30,000 bases of DNA, from contig NC_087245.1 of the NCBI RefSeq assembly GCF_037042905.1, positions 44,270,001 to 44,300,000 of the forward strand. Reading direction: 5' to 3'. Positions 22,604 through 30,000 of this stretch are shown here, one piece after another; positions within the stretch are counted from its first letter, which is position 1, and each line of letters starts with the position of its first letter. The stretch comes from Lytechinus pictus (taxonomy: Eukaryota). Made by a program: the position numbers and the translations under genes. The notes under the pieces were generated by a model. It was given only the letters and a program-made list of their open reading frames with translations, made no database searches and was not told the origin of the DNA.

Positions 22604-23206
22604 GTTTACAAAAGACATTGATTTGCAAATTAACCCTTAATATACATTTTTAATTAGTCCATTGTTTAAACAGAGTCCTTCTTCTAAACGGAGTCCATCC
22701 AAATCCAAATCACTTCAGGAAGTCACAGTTTATAAAAGTTCATCACAGTTCTTTGATCCTTCCATTCGTCTTGTATATCTGCGACAGTCCCATACTTGAA
22801 CGGATTATGCTTTCATTTTATATCAAACTCCTGTGTTATTCCAGTCGATTCCGAAACATCTATGATGTGATTGGGAAATCATCCGGGCGACCACCAAAAA
22901 TTCTATTAAAGATATATCCGATTTATTACTTTCTTTTGTTGTTTGTTTTGTGTATGTTTGTTCAAAGGCTTTAGATTGGCTACCCAAACAATACTAACTC
23001 TTTTCTAAAACATAACAATTAAAAACTAACTCTACTGAACATATATAACATGTCATCAATACATATCAATAAACAAACTGCTTGGTCACTTCACTCATGT
23101 AACTAATTAAGTACATCATCCTTTCCTCAGTGAAATGAAAGAGAACAAAACTAATCACAGGTTGCCTCAAAAATCGTCAAAATTGCTGCACTTTTTATTT
23201 TTCATG

Positions 23207-23234
23207 TTTTTTTTTTTTTTTTTTTTTTTTTTTT
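23207..23234. repeat. T28 homopolymer (A28 on the element's sense strand) in the ~1.07-kb 3' non-coding region
   Basis: Directly visible run of 28 T. Confidence 0.95.
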
Positions 23235-23661
23235 GTACAAGATGTTGTCCTATGAATAATCCAAGGGCAGCATTTGTGAATCCGACATGAGTTGGAAAAA
23301 AAAAATTCTGGAAATAACAAATTTGGTCAAATAGTGTATATCTCATCAGCATCTCTGTAAATGTGCTGTGAAAGTTGTCTTTGTCTACATAATGGTTATA
23401 TCAACTATATCAATCTACCTCATAGTAACACATGTATTATGAAAACCTGCAAAATATGATAGATCAAATACTTTCAGAGTAGCCAATCTATTTTTCTTTC
23501 TGCTTTCTTTCTTTCTTTTTTTTTAACCTGTCATGCCAAAATTTGCGTCAAATTAAAAAAATAATACAAATAAAAGTATTTCCACACTTGGGTGGACATT
23601 TCAAACTTTAGAACTTTTGGTTGTTTCCCACTCTATTAGCTATGTCCGGAATTTATAAGTT

Positions 23662-23752
23662 CTATCTGGTCACATAATCGTCCAGATAACGAGGTCGTTG
23701 AATACGCCTTCCTGATCTAGTCGTCTGGGCCTGATGTTCGTTAGGGTCCTGT
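23662..23752 (-). other. Out-of-frame (+1) integrase C-terminal tail QDPNEHQAQTTRSGRRIQRPRYLDDYVTR*
   Basis: The +1 frame relative to the main ORF is open from the C8 run (G8 at 23753-23760) to TAG at 23664-23662. It encodes the TRSGRxxxxPxYLxDYV motif typical of Gypsy integrase C-termini. Confidence 0.82.
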
Positions 23753-26700
23753 GGGGGGGGCCACAGGCTGAATCTCTCGCTCGGGTTGAGAAATCACCAG
23801 GTCGTCTAGTTCATTGTTAGCATTATCAGTTGTTTTGCTAACTTTTCTGAGATGGCGTCGATTTCGTCGATAAGTAACGCCATCTTGGGTAAGGACATTG
23901 TAGGATCTAGGTTCTGCAGCAAAGCTTACCACTACTGCTCTCATCCAGGACTTCTTTGGACCCCCTGCTGATTTCAGACGAACATGGTCACCTATTTTCA
24001 GGGGTGTCAGATCTCTGGCTCCTCGGTTGTAGTAGCATGCTTGCCTCTCCTTGGCTGCTCTCATCTCCTCTCCAACCTTCTTTTGTATCTCAGGTTTGAG
24101 CAGCCTCTTGGTAGTTGGTAGCACAGTCCTAGTTCTCCTGTTCATTATTCTCTGTATCGGACTGCTTCCCATACCAGGTGTTGGTGTGTTACGAAATGCC
24201 AGAAGGCTGAGGTATGGATCACTTCCTGCTGTCTTAGCCTTCTTCAGCAGAGATTTTGCAACTTTCACACTGCTTTCCGCCTTCCCATTGCTTTGAGGGT
24301 AATGGGGAGACGATGTTGTATGTTCAAACTGCCACTTCCTTGCAAACCTCTTGAACTCGTCTGCAGTAAACTGTGGTCCATTGTCTGTGACAAGTTGATC
24401 CGGAATCCCGAATCGTGCAAACTGGCCCTTGAGTTTACTAATAACATTGGTGGCCAGTGTCTTCTCCAGATAGTCGACTTCCCAATAGCCTGAGAAGTAA
24501 TCCACAGTAATTAAGTAGTGGCGTCCATCCAGCTGAAATAGGTCTGCACCAACCTTTGCCCAGGGTCTCTCTGGCACATCATGGGGTTTTAGTGTTTCCT
24601 TGGGTTGTTCTTTACCATATTCTTGGCACGTCTCACAATTCTGCACAAAGTCTTTCAATTTGCTACTCATGCCTGGCCAATACATGCATTCCCTTGCTCT
24701 TCTCAGGCATCCATTTACACCAATGTGGGAATCATGAATCTGTAACGTCATCTCTCGTCTCATGGCTTTTGGAATGACCAATCTCTCTCCTCTGAATATG
24801 AGGTCATTCTCTGTACTCAGCTCGTCTCTAACATGGAAATATGAGACTAAGTCTGGCTCCACATCCTTCTTGTCATTGGGCCAACCTTGCTTGATAATCT
24901 CTTGTAGTCTCTGCATAGTCTCATCCCTCTTAGTTGCTTCTCTGATCTCAGTAAGCAAAGGCTGTGAAACTGGGATGTGCATTGCTAAGTTGACAGTCTC
25001 TAGCTCCCTCATTTCATCAGTCTTGCCACTCTGAAGATAGGCTCTGCTTAGGGTATCTGCCAAGTACATCTCTTTTCCTGGCTTGTATCTGATTACCACA
25101 TCATAAGTGTGCATTCTCACTAACATCCTCTGCAATCTCTTTGGTGCTAGATGGAGTGGTTTTGTAGTGATGATCTCAAGTGGTTTGTGGTCTGATTGCA
25201 CACTTACTGGTCTTCCATAGGTATACACATGAAATCTTTGCAAACCAAAGACTACTGCTAATAGTTCTTTTTCAATTTGTGCATACCTTGTCTCTGTATC
25301 AGTTAGGGCTCTACTGGCAAACGCCACTGGACGTCCTTCTTGCATCAATGCTGCACCTAATCCAGTGTCTGAAGCATCAGCTTGCAGCGTCAATTCCTTG
25401 GATGGGTCATAATACTGGAGTACTGGCTCTGCAGTCACCAGCTTCTTTATTTCTGTCACTGCCCTGTCATGCACCTCTGCCCACCACCAAGTTACGTCCT
25501 TCTGCGTCAGCTTGCGAAGTGGCTCACAAAGGTCGCTAAGTCCAGGCAGAAACTTGCTCAGGTAGTTCACAAATCCAATAAATCTTTGGACTCCCGCTAC
25601 GTCCGTAGGGTTAGGCATCTTCAAGACTGCTTCCACCTTCTTAGGATCCGGTTTCAGTCCTTCAGCAGAGATTGTGTGTCCTATGTATGATACTTCCTTC
25701 ACTTTAAGCTTAGCTTTCTCTATGTTAAGCTTTACATTTCTTTCCCGACATCTGTTCATCAAGGCTCTAACCTTCTTGTCATGGTCTCTTATTGCTTCCT
25801 CTTCTGACTCCCCTTTACCGAACACCAGTATGTCATCCGCCACACATCTGACACCTTCAAGACCTTCCAGCACCAAGTTCAGGCGTCTTTGGAACTCTTC
25901 AGGAGCGGTGGACAGACCAAAAGGCATACGCTTCCAACGATACCGGCCATAGGGAGTGTTGAATGTTGTCAGCTCCGAGCTGGACTCGTCTAATTGGACA
26001 TGCCAGAATCCGTTCTTCGCATCAAAGGTGCTAAACACCTTCGCATTAGTCAAGTCTGATAGGATGTCTTCTATTGTTGTCATGGGATAGTGGCTTCGTT
26101 TCAATCCCTTATTCAGATCTCTTGGGTCTAAGCATACTCTCAGCTTCCCATTAGGCTTCTCCACACAGACAAGGCTTGAGACCCAAGGGGTGTGCGTCTC
26201 TATCCTTGCAATTATATTGCCTTCTTCAAGCCTGTCTAATTCTTCCTTTAGTTTGGTCTGCAAAGCCACTGGTACTCGTCTTGGTGGGTGGATCACCGGT
26301 GTAACGTCTTCGTCCACACTCATATGATACTCTCCCTCAAGTTTTCCTGTCCCTTCAAACACATCAGCATATTCAGTCATCAGGGTCTGCTTGCTTAGAG
26401 TACTCTCACAATCCGTGTCAGCCTTCAGCAACATTATGTTTTCCTCACAGACCTTGATCAATCCCATCTGCTGGGCTGCACTGCTCCCAAGTATTGGCAT
26501 GCACTCTCTGTCTACAACGATGCAGTCCACTTTGTATTTCCTTCCATTCTTGGGATTCATCATTTTCACTTTGGTCTTGCCAAGAGGAACTTCAGTTGTC
26601 TGATTAAAGACAGTAAGTACAAGGTCCTTGCTCTTGATGACTTCTTTTGCCAGCGCCTTAGGGATCACATTACATGTTGCTCCGCAGTCTACCTGGAACT

Positions 26701-27646
26701 TCACATCTTTCCCACTTAGTGTCATCAGCACAAAAATTTTCTTTTTGAACTTTCCCCCGTCTATCCCGTACACAGCATGCTCTCCTTCCAGTTCCACTGT
26801 CTGAACTTCCTGGAATTCTTCATCTGAACTGCCTGCTTCCACTACATGGACTGGTCTTTTCTTTGGTTTCTTTGGATCTCTCTTCTGATCCTTACCATCT
26901 TTCTTGGCTTTGCTCCTGCACACACTAGAGAAATGATTTTTTCCATTGCATGCAAAGCATTCTTTCCCGAAGGCTGGACATTTCTCTTTTTTCCTTTCAT
27001 GACAACGTCCACAGAATTTACACTGCACTGCCTGCAAGTTCTTGGGTTTTTCTTTATTGCTCACTGCATGAACCAATTGTTGCTGCTCACCGACAAGAAC
27101 ATCTAATCTGGCCTTAGAGAGCACAGATGCTTGACAAGCTTTGACACACTTGTCCAAATCAAGTGACGATTCTCGTAAAAGTCTCTCCCTGAGCATGCCA
27201 TCTTTGATCCCGCATACGATCCGATCACGAATCAGAGACTCCTTTAAATCTCCGAAGTTACAGTGAGCCGCCAACAGTTTGAGTTCAGTTAAGAACGAAT
27301 CAAATGATTCTCCACTACCTTGACTTCGAGTAAAGAACCGATACCTGTCCACGGTCTCATTCCTTACTGGTTGACAATGCTTCTCAAAAGCATCCAGAGC
27401 CTGGGCCATAGTGACGTCTTGCACGGTTCCATTCGGTAATCTTGTCCCTTCAGGTTTTATCGTCTCGTAGAGCTCCCTTCCCTGTGGACCAACAAGGTAC
27501 TTCAACATCTTGAGCTTCACCTTGTCCTCTTTACCATCCATGCTCAAATCCACGTAGAGCACAAACTCATCTTTCCACTGTTTCCACTCTAAGGAAAGGT
27601 CACTTGCTTCAAAGTTCATCTGTCTGGGAGGCCTCAGTTGCTCCAT
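23741..27646 (-). CDS. Gag-Pol polyprotein, 1301 aa from the first ATG (MEQLRPP...)
   Basis: Gag with Zn knuckles CKFCGRCHERKKEKC and CFACNGKNHFSSVC; protease FQVDCGATCNVI; RT FDAKNGFWH...MPFGL...VADDILV; RNase H ADASDTGLGA...EKELLA...DHKPL...ADTLSR; integrase HDSH...CETC with DLF...DNGPQF...NGKAE. The ORF track's TTG start at 27682 is unlikely in a eukaryote; the first ATG is at 27646. Confidence 0.97.
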   Translation of the reverse strand: MEQLRPPRQMNFEASDLSLEWKQWKDEFVLYVDLSMDGKEDKVKLKMLKYLVGPQGRELYETIKPEGTRLPNGTVQDVTMAQALDAFEKHCQPVRNETVDRYRFFTRSQGSGESFDSFLTELKLLAAHCNFGDLKESLIRDRIVCGIKDGMLRERLLRESSLDLDKCVKACQASVLSKARLDVLVGEQQQLVHAVSNKEKPKNLQAVQCKFCGRCHERKKEKCPAFGKECFACNGKNHFSSVCRSKAKKDGKDQKRDPKKPKKRPVHVVEAGSSDEEFQEVQTVELEGEHAVYGIDGGKFKKKIFVLMTLSGKDVKFQVDCGATCNVIPKALAKEVIKSKDLVLTVFNQTTEVPLGKTKVKMMNPKNGRKYKVDCIVVDRECMPILGSSAAQQMGLIKVCEENIMLLKADTDCESTLSKQTLMTEYADVFEGTGKLEGEYHMSVDEDVTPVIHPPRRVPVALQTKLKEELDRLEEGNIIARIETHTPWVSSLVCVEKPNGKLRVCLDPRDLNKGLKRSHYPMTTIEDILSDLTNAKVFSTFDAKNGFWHVQLDESSSELTTFNTPYGRYRWKRMPFGLSTAPEEFQRRLNLVLEGLEGVRCVADDILVFGKGESEEEAIRDHDKKVRALMNRCRERNVKLNIEKAKLKVKEVSYIGHTISAEGLKPDPKKVEAVLKMPNPTDVAGVQRFIGFVNYLSKFLPGLSDLCEPLRKLTQKDVTWWWAEVHDRAVTEIKKLVTAEPVLQYYDPSKELTLQADASDTGLGAALMQEGRPVAFASRALTDTETRYAQIEKELLAVVFGLQRFHVYTYGRPVSVQSDHKPLEIITTKPLHLAPKRLQRMLVRMHTYDVVIRYKPGKEMYLADTLSRAYLQSGKTDEMRELETVNLAMHIPVSQPLLTEIREATKRDETMQRLQEIIKQGWPNDKKDVEPDLVSYFHVRDELSTENDLIFRGERLVIPKAMRREMTLQIHDSHIGVNGCLRRARECMYWPGMSSKLKDFVQNCETCQEYGKEQPKETLKPHDVPERPWAKVGADLFQLDGRHYLITVDYFSGYWEVDYLEKTLATNVISKLKGQFARFGIPDQLVTDNGPQFTADEFKRFARKWQFEHTTSSPHYPQSNGKAESSVKVAKSLLKKAKTAGSDPYLSLLAFRNTPTPGMGSSPIQRIMNRRTRTVLPTTKRLLKPEIQKKVGEEMRAAKERQACYYNRGARDLTPLKIGDHVRLKSAGGPKKSWMRAVVVSFAAEPRSYNVLTQDGVTYRRNRRHLRKVSKTTDNANNELDDLVISQPEREIQPVAPPTGP

Positions 27647-28038
27647 TGTACTGATGATGAATTTTTCTAACCCTGGAAACAATCAAGTGAAAACAGCTGG
27701 TAATTCCGGTCACTCACTGCACTTTTCCTGTGCAATGTCAATGGGATGAAAACTGTCTGGTATTTCCGGTCACTCGTCCTTCAGCACCCAATTCTGTCCC
27801 TTGTTTCCAATCAGATATTACTACTTTATCATCAGCATCATTCAGCATCATCCAGCATCATTAAGGAATATTGGGAGGTCATAAAATGTCTCATCAAAAG
27901 CTGGACTTACAATTTCATCTCGGTCATGCTCTGTGAACATTCGCCGTTTCGGAAGTGCATCCTTCCGTTTTCCGATCTGCTCCGACGATCACGAAAAACT
28001 GTCCAAAATCAACATCACAGAATCCAATAAAAGCTCTG

Positions 28039-28049
28039 TCCTGACACCA
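28039..28049 (-). other. Primer binding site complementary to the tRNA-Leu 3' end
   Basis: Minus-strand TGGTGTCAGGA follows the 5' LTR directly. It is complementary to the UCCUGACACCA 3' end of metazoan tRNA-Leu(CAG), 11 nt. Confidence 0.8.
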
Positions 28050-28214
28050 TGTTTTGTCTTGTCGTCTCTTCTACTCCTACTATCAACTTCACTACAGTAT
28101 CAACCTAAATAACGGAGGCTTCAAACTAATAATACATTTGGGTTCAGCCATTTACTGGATTCCATCTTGTTACACTCTCCGGTATCTCGCCACAGATGGC
28201 GCTATTCCATAACA
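28050..28214 (-). repeat. 5' LTR (165 bp)
   Basis: Identical to 22430-22594; followed on the minus strand by the PBS. Confidence 0.97.
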
Positions 28215-28476
28215 GCGTGGACTTGGCCTCGATCGACCAGTGCCGATCGTAAGCATTCACGTTGCTCAGAATGAATTAGCATCGTCAAATTACCGGTACC
28301 CTTACATATATAGTTACATAGGCCTTATAGGCTTAGATCTATATATACATCCAATTCTTAAAAACTTATCAAACTAGCTGCCATTAATGGCAAGACATGT
28401 GCTAGGGTAGGGCTAGCTTAGGCTAGCCCCATTAACTTTACCTCAAATCTGGACCTGTCTAATGCCTAATACTAAT
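28215..28476. repeat. First copy of a ~260-bp direct repeat (second copy at 29511-29831)
   Basis: GCGTGGACTTGGCCTCGA...GTAAGCATTCACGTTGCTCAGAATGAATTAGC...GCTAGGGTAGGGCTAGCTTAGGCTAGC...CCTCAAATCTGGACCTGTCTAAT...TACTAAT occurs in both copies with few differences. Confidence 0.93.
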
Positions 28477-28978
28477 AGGAATAGCCGACTAATGCCATGG
28501 TTAACTTCGAACTTGTTAATTCCGAACTTTACGTTTGATTAGGTTTGGACCAATATTAGCTTATTTATCATGGTTTAATATGTCTAGTCCGTATACAGAA
28601 CCAGTCCTAGATCTAAAAAAAAAAATTCTTAGTTCTAGTCTAGTCTCGATCTAGATCTAGACTCTGATCTACGCGCTATCAGCATGGAACCACTAGTGTG
28701 ACCAAAGGGTGGGGGGGGGGGGCAGACTGCCCCCCTGACGAGTCACAACTGATCCAGGGGACGTGCCCCCCCCCCCCCCCTTGAGAAGCCAAATTAATAA
28801 TTTGTAATGTCAAAATGCAACGAAAAAAGACGTATATGTCCCCTCTTTTGAACTTGAAGATCTTTTTTTTTTCTTGTCAAATTTTTTTCAGCTACGAAAT
28901 CCTTAATTTTGGGTGAAGACGGGGATCAAGATCACTTACGTTAATTTGTGCCTGACGTTAGAATACGTTCCATGCACG

Positions 28979-29501
28979 CACTGGTGTACCTAGGATTTTC
29001 CAAAAGGGGGGCAAATTTTTTAGAGGATATTTCGTCCGCGAAAAAATGTGACAAGCCCCCCCCCCCCAAAAAAAAAAAAGATAGATATTTTGCTTTAGGT
29101 TTTACTTCTCAGCGAGAAAGCATAGCGAGCAAGCGGTTTTGAAAAAAAAAAATAATTCTGAAGTTGTAAAACTTGATTCATGGTCAATTATGGGGCTAAT
29201 CATTGTTGAAATTTCCTTGCGCGATGTTGCCAGCGCGAATCACCAGCTCAAAGTTCTTGACATGTCGTGTAATAAGACATGGAAATTATTTTATTCTGAG
29301 CTGGTTTTGTAATCATGAAAAAGATGTGTATCTATAACTAAAAAATAACTTTGCGCTCGCTAATTCTTTTTATATACTGACCAGTAAAGGAAGCAGTTAA
29401 TTAAGCAGTTAATTACTGCATTTTAAATAAGATACATAACTCACCAATAAAAAATAATGCGAGCGCAAAGCGCGAACTCAAAAATTTGTGATATTCCAAC
29501 C
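28979..29501. mobile_element. Left portion of a hAT-like non-autonomous element, truncated at 29501
   Basis: Starts CACTGGTGTACCTAGGATTTT..GGGGGGCAAA, resembling the CA(C/G)TGGCGTA termini above. Contains GCGAGCGCAAAGCGCGAACTCAAAATTTGTGATATT near 29459, the same internal repeat as 19921-20640. No right TIR seen. Confidence 0.55.
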
Positions 29502-29625
29502 TACGCATGCGCGTGGACTTGGCCTCGACCAGTGCCGATCGTAAGCATTCACGTTGCTCAGAATGAATTAGCATCGTCAAATTACCGGTGCCCTTACATA
29601 GTTACATAGGTCTTATAGGCTTAGA

Positions 29626-29704
<79 letters not shown>

Positions 29705-29831
29705 AATTCTTAAACACTTAATAAACTAGCTGCCATTAATGGCAAGACATGTGCTAGGGTAGGGCTAGCTTAGGCTAGCGCATTAACTTTACCTCAAATC
29801 TGGACCTGTCTAATTAATGCCTAGTACTAAT
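29502..29831. repeat. Second copy of the direct repeat, containing the uninterrupted LTR target site
   Basis: TACGCATGCGCGTGGACTTGGCCTCGAC joins the two flanks of the LTR element across a single GCGTG. Confidence 0.93.
29628..29702. repeat. (TA)n microsatellite, 75 nt
   Basis: Perfect TA alternation; the paralogous site near 28340 has only about 4 units. Confidence 0.98.
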
Positions 29832-29877
29832 CAGTGTTGTAGTGCCTTGATGCTCGGCCTTGGCCTTAAGGCACCTT

Positions 29878-29982
29878 GTCGAGGCCAAGTCCACGCGCAT
29901 GCGTACTCTCAATCCGAAGACGCAAGTCATGAATATTCATATGTTGGTCCAGAACTCGGTGGGAAAAATAATTTCGCCGGCC
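29878..29982. repeat. Right (inverted) copy of the ~105-bp repeat
   Basis: Reverse complement of 22339-22429 plus 28220-28232. Confidence 0.92.
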
Positions 29983-30000
29983 AGAGAGAAAGGAAAAGAG

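Larger units (their letters stand above)
22430..28214 (-). mobile_element. Full-length Ty3/Gypsy LTR retrotransposon, Mag/SURL-like, 5785 bp
   Basis: Two identical 165-bp TG...CA LTRs, a 5-bp TSD GCGTG (22425-22429 and 28215-28219), a PBS and a PPT. Single ORF with domain order gag-PR-RT-RH-IN. The Mag-like call rests on the paired Zn knuckles, short LTRs, 5-bp TSD and tRNA-Leu PBS. Confidence 0.97.

Noticed and set aside
22604..23661. env-like or accessory ORF in the 3' region of the LTR element
   Set aside because: No sense-strand ORF of meaningful length exists; the 61-aa ORF merely runs through the A28 tract.
27800..27845. Hammerhead in the retrotransposon leader (minus-strand CTGATGA...GAAAC)
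   Set aside because: The intervening sequence cannot form stem II, and CTGATGA is part of a short tandem repeat.
24051..28030. Short plus-strand ORFs antisense to gag-pol and its leader
   Set aside because: They are shadows of the long coding strand or chance ORFs, mostly with non-ATG starts and no motifs.
28691..28920. Complete TIR element starting CACTAGTGTGACC with G/C runs
   Set aside because: It resembles a degenerate hAT-like left end, but I found no partner TIR or TSD, so boundaries cannot be supported.

Overview
AT-rich, gene-poor eukaryotic (metazoan) repeat DNA with no recognisable host gene. The repeat families resemble those of marine invertebrates such as echinoderms, but that is inference. 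Positions 390-21597 hold a ~985-bp tandem macrosatellite of 19 complete units plus a 20th. The 20th unit is interrupted by three nested non-autonomous DNA transposons, each with TIRs and an 8-bp TSD. Next come short hAT-like, LINE and SINE relics. Positions 22430-28214 (minus strand) are a full-length, very young Ty3/Gypsy (Mag/SURL-like) LTR retrotransposon with identical 165-bp LTRs, a GCGTG TSD, a tRNA-Leu PBS, a PPT and a single gag-pol ORF. Its conserved integrase tail lies in the +1 frame behind a C8 run and a CCC-TAA stop. The retrotransposon landed inside a ~105-bp segment that recurs inverted at 29878-29982 and partly as a direct copy at 29502, so the empty target site is visible in the window. 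I see no compelling evidence of a new biological system. The best leads are the +1 integrase tail, the nested TE stack with a 46-bp minimal element, and minus-strand splice signals and higher-order structure in the macrosatellite.
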